Positions 1 through 9,119 of a DNA stretch of 64,000 nt are shown piece by piece. This stretch comes from Chloroflexota bacterium (lineage in GTDB: Bacteria > Chloroflexota > UBA11872). Position 1 is the stretch's first letter. Every line of letters begins with the position of its first letter. Both the position numbers and the translations under genes were made by a program. The notes under the pieces are model-generated. The model searched no databases and had not been told where the DNA came from. It was given only the letters and a program-made list of their open reading frames with translations. The stretch is taken from NCBI GenBank assembly GCA_965207185.1, contig OZ242271.1, forward strand, positions 64,806 to 128,805, given 5' to 3'.

Positions 1-1
1 C

Positions 2-190
2 TCGCCGTTGGGCAAAGTTTGGGCGCGCGTGGATACGCCAAATCTTGCGTCGATTCGGTTGCTGGAAAAGCTGGGCCTGCAGCGCGAGGCGGTGATGCGA
101 CAGTGCCACGTCCGCCACGGCGAGTTGATTGATCTCGCGGTGTACGTCCTGCTGCGGACGGAGTGGACGCCGAGGCCACTCGACGCATGA
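2..190 (+). CDS. GNAT family N-acetyltransferase, C-terminal fragment (5' end lies outside the window)
   Basis: The translation ...NLASIRLLEKLGLQREAVMRQCHVRHGELIDLAVYVLLRTEW is a typical GNAT C-terminal beta-strand/helix. The reading frame is open back to the window edge. Confidence 0.55.
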   Translation, partial: SPLGKVWARVDTPNLASIRLLEKLGLQREAVMRQCHVRHGELIDLAVYVLLRTEWTPRPLDA

Positions 191-750
191 GCGGTGTGCC
201 GGTGTTGCCGGAACGAATCGAGACGGATCGGCTGGTATTACGTCGATGGCGGCTGTTGGATGCCGACGACGTGCTGGCTTACGCGGCCGATCCGGAGTGG
301 TCGCGGTTTCTGCCGGTTCCCAGGCCGTACGAGCGACGTCACGCTGAGGAGGCCGTGTCGCAGTGGGTGCTGGAGGACTGGGCGACCCACCCGATCTGGG
401 CAATCGAAGTTGCCGGACGCGCCGCGGGCGGAGTCAACCTGCGAATCAACCACCAGCACCGGAACGCGGAGATGGGCTACGCCATTGCGCGGCGCTACTG
501 GGGCCGCGGCTTCATGCCGGAGGCCACGCGCGCAGTGATTGACGCGGCCTTTGCAACGCTGCCGGAGCTTGCGCGGGTACAGGCGGGGGCGAACAGCCGG
601 AACAAGGCTTCGATTCGGGTGATGGAAAAACTGGGGATGAGGCATGAAGGGACCATTCGGCACGCGCCGCGAGGCGTGAAGCTGGGTTCCAACGAATCAG
701 GCGTAATCTATGCGGTGCTGCGGGAGGAGTGGGATCCGATCGCCGGCTGA
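187..750 (+). CDS. GNAT family N-acetyltransferase (RimJ/RimL-like)
   Basis: It contains the acetyl-CoA pocket motifs RINHQHRNAEMGYAIARRYWGRGFMPEA and LVLRRWRLLDADD. The ATG at 187 overlaps the stop of the preceding GNAT fragment as ATGA. The ORF track gives an alternative start at 163. Confidence 0.8.
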   Translation: MSGVPVLPERIETDRLVLRRWRLLDADDVLAYAADPEWSRFLPVPRPYERRHAEEAVSQWVLEDWATHPIWAIEVAGRAAGGVNLRINHQHRNAEMGYAIARRYWGRGFMPEATRAVIDAAFATLPELARVQAGANSRNKASIRVMEKLGMRHEGTIRHAPRGVKLGSNESGVIYAVLREEWDPIAG

Positions 751-780
751 CGGATTGCCGCAACCGGCGTCATGGGGGAC

Positions 781-1626
781 CTACAGGTTCAGCCCGGCGA
801 AGAAGACCCAGTAGTAAATGAGGTAGCCGCCCGCGCCGACCAGGAACAGCGAACTGGCGCGATGGACGTGGGGGAGAGCGCCGCGAAGGAAGCGGGCCAC
901 GGCGTCGCGGAAGATGGCAGCGCCGATGGTAACGGCAATGACGACCACACCCATACCCAGGGCGAAGGCGAGGAACTGGCTGAAGGAGGCCAGGAATCCA
1001 GCGGCACCCAGCGCGCCGCCGACGACGACCAGAAAGATCGGTAGGGTGCAGCTGAGTGATCCGACCGCGTAGCCGAGGCCGAAGACAAAGGCGTTACCGA
1101 GGTTGCGCTGCGGCGTGACCTGGATGCGGCTGGCCGCCAGCACGCCGATATAGCGGTGGGTGATGAGGAGGTAGGCGCCAAAGATCACCATCAGCACTCC
1201 GACCGTCAGCCCAAGAAACGGAAAGACAGTGCTGAGGAATGTTCCGCCGGCCGCGATGACCGCTCCGACGGCTGCAAAGATCAGCACGAATCCGAGCGTG
1301 GCCATCAGGCCCACGGCCAACGCGCGAACGGTCCGCCGAAACAGCGAGAGTTCGTCGTAGCCAGCTTCCTGCGTTCCGAGTTGGTAGGCCACGTAGCCGG
1401 GCAGCATGAAGAAGCCGCAGGGATTGACGCTGGCGACAACGCCGGCGGCGGCCGCGAAACCGATGGGGAGGGCGCCGGCGAAGCCCGAGACGGCGGCTTC
1501 GGCGTTGGCCTGGAGCGAGATTAGAACACCGATCATGGCAGCGACGGCCAGCCCAGGCAGGCCATAACTCAACGCCGCACTGAGCCAGGGGCTGCGGGTC
1601 GACCGGGAATCCGGAACGACGCTCAC
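781..1626 (-). CDS. ccdA: Cytochrome c biogenesis / thiol-disulfide electron transporter CcdA (DsbD family)
   Basis: It is a polytopic membrane protein with the CcdA-type motif ...SVNPCGFFMLPGYVAY. It lies immediately downstream of a TlpA/ResA-like gene on the same strand. The start is probably GTG at 1626. Confidence 0.8.
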   Translation of the reverse strand: MSVVPDSRSTRSPWLSAALSYGLPGLAVAAMIGVLISLQANAEAAVSGFAGALPIGFAAAAGVVASVNPCGFFMLPGYVAYQLGTQEAGYDELSLFRRTVRALAVGLMATLGFVLIFAAVGAVIAAGGTFLSTVFPFLGLTVGVLMVIFGAYLLITHRYIGVLAASRIQVTPQRNLGNAFVFGLGYAVGSLSCTLPIFLVVVGGALGAAGFLASFSQFLAFALGMGVVVIAVTIGAAIFRDAVARFLRGALPHVHRASSLFLVGAGGYLIYYWVFFAGLNL

Positions 1627-1638
1627 CGCGCGGTCACC

Positions 1639-2256
1639 TCAGCCTCCTGACGCCTGGACCAGCTCATTCATGAATTCGATCGTCGATGCCTCGTCCAGGA
1701 TGCCAGTCCATTGACGAAGGATCTGGGATTGGGTCGTGATGAAGAGGGTGGAGGGCATGCCCAGCACCTGGTAGCTCTGCATGACGGTGGCGTCCGAGGT
1801 CGTTCCCACGGGGTAGGTTACGCCTAGCTCCTCGACCAGTGCCTGGCCCTCGGCGCGCGTGCCGAGGTTAATGAGGGGGCCGACATCCAGACCCACCAGC
1901 AGTACGCGGTCCTTGGTGGCTTGCCACGCGTGATCGAACTCCGGCATTTCCACGCGACAGGGAGGACACTGGGCGGCCCAGAAATTCAGGACCACGGGCT
2001 TGCCGGCCGCGAGGATCTGGCTGAATTGAACGGTTTCGCCGCCAACCAGATCGGCCCCCTGGTAGGTCTCGAACGTGAAATCGGAGGCGGGTCGCGCCTC
2101 GCCCGCGGGAAATCCCGAGACGTCGGTGGATGCCCCGGTGGTCGGCTCCGGCGTTGTTTCGGAAACGGCGCTTTCGCCGCAGGCGGTGATGAGCAGCCCG
2201 GCTCCGATACCTGCCAATATCCGACGTCGCCCAAATTCGCCCTGGCGTGTCCGCAT
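1639..2256 (-). CDS. TlpA/ResA-family thiol:disulfide oxidoreductase, lipoprotein (CcmG-equivalent candidate)
   Basis: It has the thioredoxin-fold active site WAAQCPPCR in the context VVLNFWAAQCPPCRVEMPEF. The N-terminus RRRILAGIGAGLLITAC carries a lipobox. Confidence 0.85.
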   Translation of the reverse strand: MRTRQGEFGRRRILAGIGAGLLITACGESAVSETTPEPTTGASTDVSGFPAGEARPASDFTFETYQGADLVGGETVQFSQILAAGKPVVLNFWAAQCPPCRVEMPEFDHAWQATKDRVLLVGLDVGPLINLGTRAEGQALVEELGVTYPVGTTSDATVMQSYQVLGMPSTLFITTQSQILRQWTGILDEASTIEFMNELVQASGG

Positions 2257-2367
2257 GCAAATACGCCCCTAATTCCGCCCGACGACAATTATCCAAGCAT
2301 TCTGCGGTGCAACGCGAGTCGGCGGTGGTGAGATCGCCTACAGAAGCGGCCGGTTGGCGGCGCGGCT

Positions 2368-3012
2368 ATGCTCAAAATCGCCGACAGTCGGCATCGGCGA
2401 CCTACCAGGAGCAGCCAGCCCGTGGACGCGACGCAGCCTCAGCGGCTGACGGTACCGCAAGTTGTGGCGGCGATCGCCGGCGTCGCGACGCTGGTGGCAC
2501 TGATTGTGGTGATCGGGTTGGTCATGCGCGGCGGAACCGAACGCAGCGGCCTGGGAATCATCTCGATCGGGCGCGCCACCGACGTTCGCCCCCGACCCGC
2601 GCCCGACTTTGTGCTGACGTCGTTCGACGGGCAACGGATTCAACTTTCGGACTATCGCGGGCAAATCGTCGTATTGAATTTCTGGGCCACCTGGTGTCCG
2701 CCCTGCCGCGTGGAAGCGCCAGTGCTCCAGCGGGCAGCCGAGCGCCTGGAATCCGCCGGCGTGACCATCCTGGGCATTGATGTCTGGGACGACCAGGCAG
2801 CGGCCATCGAATTCCTGAATGAAATGGGAGTGACGTACCTGAACGCCGAAGACTCCACGCGGCTGATTCCGGTCGAGTTTGGCGTGACTGGCTTACCCGA
2901 GACCTTTGTCATTGATCGCCAGGGCGTCCTGGTACGTCGCTGGGTGGGTCCGCTGACGGACGACGAGCTCGACGAGCTGCTGGCGCCGGTGCTCGCCGCC
3001 GCGCCTGCCTAG
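2368..3012 (+). CDS. TlpA/ResA-family thiol:disulfide oxidoreductase, membrane-anchored
   Basis: It contains IVVLNFWATWCPPCRVEAP, the thioredoxin-like CxxC motif, and an N-terminal transmembrane helix VVAAIAGVATLVALIVVIGLV. It is divergent from the first tlpA paralog. Confidence 0.85.
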   Translation: MLKIADSRHRRPTRSSQPVDATQPQRLTVPQVVAAIAGVATLVALIVVIGLVMRGGTERSGLGIISIGRATDVRPRPAPDFVLTSFDGQRIQLSDYRGQIVVLNFWATWCPPCRVEAPVLQRAAERLESAGVTILGIDVWDDQAAAIEFLNEMGVTYLNAEDSTRLIPVEFGVTGLPETFVIDRQGVLVRRWVGPLTDDELDELLAPVLAAAPA

Positions 3013-3188
3013 GCGTCCGCGTCTCGGGTTGGTCGGAGTGTGAATGCGGAGCGCCCGCCGGCGGTCTGAATCGCCAGCGTGCGTCCGGCGAGCGCGTCGG
3101 CCACTTCCGGTTCGGCTACAAGGATGAGTCGCCCGTCGAGCACGACCTTCCGATCGCCCTCCCAGACATCGCTGAGCGACAGGCGCAT
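3009..3188 (-). CDS. Small hypothetical protein; the start is uncertain and the ORF may extend to about 3330
   Basis: The translation MRLSLSDVWEGDRKVVLDGRLILVAEPEVADALAGRTLAIQTAGG... looks protein-like. It is co-directional with the oxidoreductase upstream and has no recognisable family. Confidence 0.3.
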   Translation of the reverse strand: MRLSLSDVWEGDRKVVLDGRLILVAEPEVADALAGRTLAIQTAGGRSAFTLRPTRDADA

Positions 3189-3333
3189 GCGGTTGGCCGT
3201 ATCCAGGGATATGCGTATCGCCCGCGTCGGCTCCTCAGCGCCGTTGCCGTCGTGCAGCGCCGTAAGCAAAGCCAGGGCTGCCTCGGGCGTGACGGTCAGT
3301 TCGCCTGCGGCGGTTGTGGGCTCGTCGGCCGGA

Positions 3334-4404
3334 TCACTCGTAGAGATCGCTGACCTCCACCATGCGGCCGCCCTGCTCGGCTGAGCGGTAGGCGGCATCC
3401 AGCAGTTCGACGGATCGATGTCCGAATGTGGCCGGCGAACCGTTGGGCTCACGACCCAGGCACACGTCCACCAGGTTGGCGGCTGTCGTGAAACGGGGGT
3501 AGGTATCGTCCGCGGGGAGCTGGTCGCGCTCGATGGACCCGTCGCGGCGGTGAATCTCCAGCGCGCCCGTGATCGCATCCAGCAACACGTAGCCGTGTTC
3601 GCAGTAGGCACGGACATCCAGTTGACCGGCATCGCCCACCGGCACGTTGCCGGTGCCGGACACCACGCCGAGCGCCCCGCCCTCGAACTCCACGGTCATC
3701 ACGTCCACCAGATCGACAGGTACGTCGAATGAGCTCATGAGCGCGCTAACACGCCTGGGACGCAGGCCGGTGACGAAGAACATCAGGCCCGACGAGTGCG
3801 TGATCTGCAGGTGTCCCTGACCGCCGCCCGAGAGTTCCGGGCGGGCGTAAACATCACCCGGCCCGGCGACCGTCCAGTCAAAGACCGGTTGGTAGGCCGC
3901 GTCGTTGCCGCGATAAAACTCGACGACCATTGAGGACTGCGTGCACACGACATGCTGGATGGCGCCAAGCTCGCCCGAAGCGATGACCTCGCGCGCCCGG
4001 ATGGCGGTGCGGGTGAAGTGCCAGGGGTATCCGATGATGAGCTCCACGCCCTGGGCTTCGGCCCTTCGCACCAGGTCGGCGGCGTGCTTGGCCGTCAGCA
4101 CCATCGGCTTTTCCAACATGACGTTGAGGCCGGCATCCAGGCAGCGCGCCGCCACGTCGTAGTGGGCGGCGTGGGGAATGGCGACGACCACGCCGTCAAG
4201 CTCGGTCTCGGCGAGCATGGTTTCGACGTCCACGTAGGCGGCCGGGCCGGGGAAGGCCGAGGTGGCGCGCTCGCAGGCTTCCTCGCTGCGGTCGCAGATC
4301 GCGGCCAGGTGGGCGTGGGGGTTCTCGATCAGTCCCGGAATGTGGGTGTAGGTGGACCACCAGCCGGCGCCGATGACGCCGATGCGAGCCTGGCGAACGG
4401 GCAT
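3334..4404 (-). CDS. Gfo/Idh/MocA family NAD(P)-dependent oxidoreductase
   Basis: It has the Rossmann motif MPVRQARIGVIGAGWWSTYTHIPG followed by ...EKPMVLT..., characteristic of this family. The ATG at 4404 was located by hand. The ORF-track N-terminal extension to 4725 is low-complexity and was rejected. Confidence 0.85.
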   Translation of the reverse strand: MPVRQARIGVIGAGWWSTYTHIPGLIENPHAHLAAICDRSEEACERATSAFPGPAAYVDVETMLAETELDGVVVAIPHAAHYDVAARCLDAGLNVMLEKPMVLTAKHAADLVRRAEAQGVELIIGYPWHFTRTAIRAREVIASGELGAIQHVVCTQSSMVVEFYRGNDAAYQPVFDWTVAGPGDVYARPELSGGGQGHLQITHSSGLMFFVTGLRPRRVSALMSSFDVPVDLVDVMTVEFEGGALGVVSGTGNVPVGDAGQLDVRAYCEHGYVLLDAITGALEIHRRDGSIERDQLPADDTYPRFTTAANLVDVCLGREPNGSPATFGHRSVELLDAAYRSAEQGGRMVEVSDLYE

Positions 4405-4459
4405 GTGTTTCGATTCCGTTGGGTCAGCGCGGCCTTCGATGGTACGCCGGACGGCCGCA

Positions 4460-5521
4460 CTACGCCGAGGGCGGCGGCCCGTAGCCGGTGAGTTCCACGT
4501 AGCCCAGGCCAGCCTCGCCGCCGTCGCCGCTGACGTGCACAGCGCCTTCCCAATACACCACGCCGGTGCTGGCGCGGGTGTCGAGTTCCTGATCACGCAG
4601 CATCGGCTCCAAGCGCAAATGCAGCCCGTGTCCGGGAACCGAGAGCGTCCAGCCCGACGGATAGACGACGCCCGTATGCGGACTGGTCCAGCGGCCCGTG
4701 GCCCTGACTTCCAGGTCATCGGCACCTAGGTGCGTCGTCTCGCCAAGTGGGCCGACGAGGGTGCCGTATTGCAGCACGGTTGAGCCGAATTCGTCGCGGA
4801 CGACGGACGCTGTGAAGTCACGGCCGTCATTCAACTGGACGCTGTACCAGTCCCAGCCGCCGGAGGTGACCGAAATGAAATCGCCCCATTGGTGGTCGAG
4901 CCAGGCCGTACCGGTCACGGGCCGCGGCAGGCCGTTGTCCAGGAGCACTCCGCGGACAGCGGCGCGTGTGTAGGAGTAGTAGTAGCTCCAGCCGAATGGT
5001 GAGAAGTCCAGGATGCCGGTCTGGTTGTGGACGGCGGCCGGCTTGGTCGGGATGAGTTCCAGTTGGAGAGCGACGGTGTCGAGGCCGGCAGAGATCGAAA
5101 AGCCTCCAGGCACGTCGCGCAGCGTCCATCCGTCCACGGAGAGGTCGAGGCCGACTGGCTGGGTAAGCGGCGTCTCGAAGAGATCAGCCACCTCGGTCCG
5201 CTCGCCATAGTGGAAGCGTTGGCGGCCAATGTCGGTGACGGCAAAGTGGGCGGCGTAGCCGGGAGGAGCGCCTTGACGGACGGACTGGAAAAGAGCGAAC
5301 TCGAAGCCAAAGGGATCGCCCTCCGCCGTTTGCAGGTGGCCGCTGACGTACCACCACTCGGTCAGGTTGGCGTGCGGAGCGTCGTCGTGGGGTAGATCAA
5401 TGGGTGGCAGTGAGCCAGCGTCGAACCGGTTGGTGGCTGGCTCGGGCAACGGGGGAGCGACCTCGCCGCAGGCGGTCAGCAAGAGCGCGGCCAGGGCCAG
5501 ACCAAGTGTCCGGCGAATCAT
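4460..5521 (-). CDS. Lipoprotein with a CrtC/AttH-like (hydroxyneurosporene synthase-like, lipocalin-like) domain
   Basis: The N-terminus MIRRTLGLALAALLLTAC carries a lipobox. It has the motifs NLTEWWYVSGHL, WLDHQWGDF and GWDWYSVQLNDG seen in the CrtC/AttH family. Its stop overlaps the MMPL gene start as ATGA. Confidence 0.6.
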   Translation of the reverse strand: MIRRTLGLALAALLLTACGEVAPPLPEPATNRFDAGSLPPIDLPHDDAPHANLTEWWYVSGHLQTAEGDPFGFEFALFQSVRQGAPPGYAAHFAVTDIGRQRFHYGERTEVADLFETPLTQPVGLDLSVDGWTLRDVPGGFSISAGLDTVALQLELIPTKPAAVHNQTGILDFSPFGWSYYYSYTRAAVRGVLLDNGLPRPVTGTAWLDHQWGDFISVTSGGWDWYSVQLNDGRDFTASVVRDEFGSTVLQYGTLVGPLGETTHLGADDLEVRATGRWTSPHTGVVYPSGWTLSVPGHGLHLRLEPMLRDQELDTRASTGVVYWEGAVHVSGDGGEAGLGYVELTGYGPPPSA

Positions 5522-7689
5522 GTCGGCGTACGCCGGGTCGGCCAACGCAACCGTGGCGCCCACCAGTTCCAGCGTCCCAGCAGGTGCATCGTGGCCGGAA
5601 CCAGCAGCGCGCGCACGATGGCGGCGTCTACGAACACCGCAATGGCGGCACCCAGGCCCAGCGCCTTGATCAGCACGATGTCGGCGGTCACGAATGCGAG
5701 GCAAACCGCAATGACTACCAGAGCGGCGCTGGTAACGACTCGGCCGCTGCGTTCCATGCCAATGGCCACGCTCTCGGTGTTGGATCGGCCCTCGTCATGC
5801 GCTTCCTTGACGCGGGAAAGCAGGAAAACCTCGTAGTCCATGCTCAGTCCAAAGAGCATGGCGAACAGCACGATGGGCAGCAGGGAATCGATATACCCAA
5901 GCGGCTCAAAGCGCAGGACGTTCGAGAGCCAGCCGTCCTGGAACACCAGCACCAGCGCACCAAAGCTGGCCAGCAGGCTCAGCACGTTCAGGAGCACCGC
6001 CTTGAGGGGTAACACCACGGAGCGGAACAGCACGGCCAGCACCACGTACGTGATCACAAGAATCAGCAGCACGGCCTTGGGGAAGTCGGTGTAGAGCCGG
6101 TCGACGAAGTCCTTGAGCCCGGCCGCCCCGCCGCCGACGAGCAAGTCGAGTCCGTTGGCGTCGCGGTAGGCGCGGATGGCCTCTACCAGGCCTTCGGCTT
6201 CGGGCGAGGTGGACGGCACGCTCGGCTCAACCAGCATGAACGCGGCGTTCTCGCGGGTGAATGTCTCGGCGAGCGCCCTGGCCCACGGGTCGCCAATCCC
6301 CGGCGCGTAGCGGTAGAGCAGCTGGTACTGCTCGAGCGTGATCCGTGGATCGATGGCGGTGATGCCGCCGACCCTGGCGACGCGCGGATCCGCTTCCAGC
6401 GCACGCGTAAGGGCGTGCTGGGCGGCGACCGCTTCAGGCGCGAGCGCGCCCTCGGGGAAGCGGGACACGAGGAACAGGGGCGTCTGATGGCCTTCGCCGA
6501 ACTCGTCTCGCAGAAACTCGTAGGCCACGCGCGACGGCGAGTCCGGCGTGAGCACCCTGGCGTCGGGCGCGTTGAGGCGGACGTGCAGGAACGGCAGGCC
6601 GAGTACCACGAGGAACGCGGAAACGCTGAGGAAGATCGGCAGCGGCCGCCGCATGACGGCACGGGCCAGCCTGGCCCAACCGTTTCGCGGACCGACGCGA
6701 GGCCGCCACACGCGCCACTTGTTGACGCGCGGACCCAGGACGGCCAGCAAGGCCGGCACGAAAGTCGTGGCAGCCGCGACGGCGATCAGCACGACCAAGG
6801 CGCCGCCGGCGCCGATGGAGCGAAGCATCATGAACTCGAAGACCATCAGCGACGCCAACCCGGTCAGGACTGCCGCGCCGGAGAAGACCACTGCCTTGCC
6901 GGCCGTGGCGACCGTGCGGGGTACCGCATCCTGGACAGGCAGGCCTGCCGCCAGTTCCTCGCGGAAGCGGCTGACGAGGATGAGGGAGTAGTCGGCCCCG
7001 AGCCCCAGGCCTACGAGCGTCACCACGTTCAGGGCGAAGATCGAGAAGCCGACCTGCTGGCCGAACAGCCACAGCAGCGCCAGCCCGACGACGACGCTTG
7101 CGCCACCCGCCAGCACGGGAATGCCGGCCGCGACCACGGACCCGAAGACCAGCACCAGCACGATCAGCGCGAACGGCAGACCCACGGTCTCGGCCCGTTG
7201 CAGGTCGGCCTCGCTCAGGGTCTGAATGTCCGAGTAATAGACGGGGGAACCCGCGATGTGGACGTCGAGATCGCCTGGTACCAGCCGATCGCGAAGGTCG
7301 GGCACGATGCGGTGGGCCACGTCGGGGTGCAGGTCAAAGAAGAGCGTGGCGTAGGCCGTGTGGCCGCCCGGCGCGATCTGAGTTGGATTCTCCTGGTAGG
7401 TCGAGACCCGCATGACGTCCGGCAAGGCCGCCAAGGGGGCAAGAACGCGCTCCGCCTCCGCGGCGAAGGCCGGGTCGGTGGCTCGCCACTCGTCGTGGTG
7501 AAAGGCGATCTGAATCGGCGAGCCGACGGCGCCGAAGTCCTGTTCGTAGCGCTCGAACGCCTCTTCGGCCTCGATGCCGTCGGCGGAAAACCCGCCGGCC
7601 CGCAGAATCGAGCCGACCTGCGGTAGCGCCAGCAGCGAGAGTGACGCGGCCAGTAGCCAGGCCGCAACGATCGGCCAGCGCCAGCGCAC
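5518..7689 (-). CDS. MMPL-family (RND superfamily) membrane transporter
   Basis: It is a 723 aa protein with two transmembrane bundles and two large periplasmic loops. The MMPL-type sequences ...LVGLGLGADYSLILVSRFREE... and ...FGLSMDYEVFLLSRVKEA... are present. Confidence 0.85.
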   Translation of the reverse strand: MRWRWPIVAAWLLAASLSLLALPQVGSILRAGGFSADGIEAEEAFERYEQDFGAVGSPIQIAFHHDEWRATDPAFAAEAERVLAPLAALPDVMRVSTYQENPTQIAPGGHTAYATLFFDLHPDVAHRIVPDLRDRLVPGDLDVHIAGSPVYYSDIQTLSEADLQRAETVGLPFALIVLVLVFGSVVAAGIPVLAGGASVVVGLALLWLFGQQVGFSIFALNVVTLVGLGLGADYSLILVSRFREELAAGLPVQDAVPRTVATAGKAVVFSGAAVLTGLASLMVFEFMMLRSIGAGGALVVLIAVAAATTFVPALLAVLGPRVNKWRVWRPRVGPRNGWARLARAVMRRPLPIFLSVSAFLVVLGLPFLHVRLNAPDARVLTPDSPSRVAYEFLRDEFGEGHQTPLFLVSRFPEGALAPEAVAAQHALTRALEADPRVARVGGITAIDPRITLEQYQLLYRYAPGIGDPWARALAETFTRENAAFMLVEPSVPSTSPEAEGLVEAIRAYRDANGLDLLVGGGAAGLKDFVDRLYTDFPKAVLLILVITYVVLAVLFRSVVLPLKAVLLNVLSLLASFGALVLVFQDGWLSNVLRFEPLGYIDSLLPIVLFAMLFGLSMDYEVFLLSRVKEAHDEGRSNTESVAIGMERSGRVVTSAALVVIAVCLAFVTADIVLIKALGLGAAIAVFVDAAIVRALLVPATMHLLGRWNWWAPRLRWPTRRTPT

Positions 7690-7922
7690 CGTGAACCGGC
7701 CCAGTGCCTCCAGCGCGATACTCCCGCAGCGTGACGACGCTCTGTTTGGATTCTAGGCGGGGCAGGGCCACTCGCGGTCGCTCCGGGTGAGTTCCGTTAC
7801 CGTCGCGTAGTTACGACCGACGGCGGCCCGGTCGGGCAATTCAACATAGGGACTGCTACCGTTCGCGCGCCCAACACGGTCTGGGGCCCAGACCATGGCA
7901 GCTATGCATTTGGAGATCGGAT

Positions 7923-9119
7923 TTGGGAAGCGCGGCAACCGGCCAGGCGTTTGATCCGCCGACGCGCCTGGGATCGCGCCGCTTCGTCACGCTGATCGCA
8001 ATCATGGGATTGGGAGTGGCCGGGTGGCTGCCGGTCGTCAATTTCCTGTCGCTGTTCGTGCGGGACGACCTGGGTCGCGGTGTGGCCGGCGCGGGCGTGC
8101 TGCTGGTGGCCATGCACGGCGCGCGGGCCGTGTTGGGAATCTTTGCGTCGGTGCCCATTGCCCGCTTCGGTAGCCAGCGGACATACGCCCTGGGGCTGGC
8201 CGGCCTGGCCGTGCTGGTGGCCGTAATGATCGTCACGCCGGACCTGGGGCTGTTCATAGTTGCGGCGCCATTCGGCGGCCTGGCGCTTGGGCTTCACTGG
8301 TCGGCGTCGCAGACCTACGCCATGCAGGTGGCGCCGGCGGCGCGGCGGGGGCTGGCGTCGTCGCTGGTGAGCTTCACGGTCGGCGTGGCGCCCGGAATCG
8401 GCGGACTCGCGCTGGGTGTGTTGGCGAATGCCTTCGGGTTTCGAATCTTTGCGCTGGTTGCCGCCCTGATCATTGGTGCTGCGGCGCTTGCGGCGCTCAC
8501 GGTGTTGCCGGCGGTGCCGGTGGCGCCACGGGCAAGTGACGTCAAGATTCGCGAATTGCTCCAACTGACTCGGGTGCCGGCGATTCGGCTGCTGGCATTT
8601 ATCCGCGCCTGCACCACCGTGACGTACGGCGCCTTCATCATCCTGGCGGGACCGAAGCTGGTGGACGCCGGCGGAGATCTGACGGCGGTGGGGTGGCTGG
8701 TGTTCCTGTCAGCCGTTGGCGGGGCCAGCGCGCAAGTTGCGGTGGGGGCGCTCTCGGACCGCTGGGGTCGCCGCGGGGCATTGGCCGTCGCGCTGGCGGT
8801 CGGGGCGGTCAACACGGCGGTCTACGGGCAGATCGACGCGTTTGGCGCGTTGCTGGCGCTGTGGGTGCCCTACGCCTTCACACAGAGCGTGTTCCAGGGG
8901 CTGATCGTGGCGCTGGCGGCGGACGTGACACCGCGCGGCCGCCTGGGTCAGGCCATGGCGATCGACTCAACCGCGTATTCGATTGGCGTGGCGTTGGCTG
9001 CGTTACTGGCCATTGCCGCCGGCGACGCCGCGCCCGCCCTGTTGTTCTGGGCGGGCGCGGCGGCCGGCGTGGCCTCGCTGGTGGCGATCAGCCGCCTGCG
9101 AGTGCGGAGCGTGGTCTAG
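7923..9119 (+). CDS. MFS transporter
   Basis: It is a 12-TM hydrophobic protein. The MFS loop motif GALSDRWGRRGAL lies between TM8 and TM9. Confidence 0.8.
   Translation: MGSAATGQAFDPPTRLGSRRFVTLIAIMGLGVAGWLPVVNFLSLFVRDDLGRGVAGAGVLLVAMHGARAVLGIFASVPIARFGSQRTYALGLAGLAVLVAVMIVTPDLGLFIVAAPFGGLALGLHWSASQTYAMQVAPAARRGLASSLVSFTVGVAPGIGGLALGVLANAFGFRIFALVAALIIGAAALAALTVLPAVPVAPRASDVKIRELLQLTRVPAIRLLAFIRACTTVTYGAFIILAGPKLVDAGGDLTAVGWLVFLSAVGGASAQVAVGALSDRWGRRGALAVALAVGAVNTAVYGQIDAFGALLALWVPYAFTQSVFQGLIVALAADVTPRGRLGQAMAIDSTAYSIGVALAALLAIAAGDAAPALLFWAGAAAGVASLVAISRLRVRSVV

Noticed and set aside
3334-4725. Long N-terminal extensions in the ORF-track models (also 45708-47024, 46840-48822, 33236-35716, 35769-38309, 38857-39705, 44601-45692, 55398-56492, 11592-13946).
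   Set aside because: The upstream parts are low-complexity and overlap the preceding gene. Conserved family N-termini (Rossmann GxGxxG, Tat motif, and so on) begin at internal ATG/GTG codons with plausible RBS or stop-start overlaps, so I used those.
7690-7922. The short inverted repeat CGTAgtTACG in the MMPL/MFS divergent intergenic region, considered as a TetR-type operator.
   Set aside because: It has only a 4-bp half-site and no adjacent regulator gene, so it is too weak to call.
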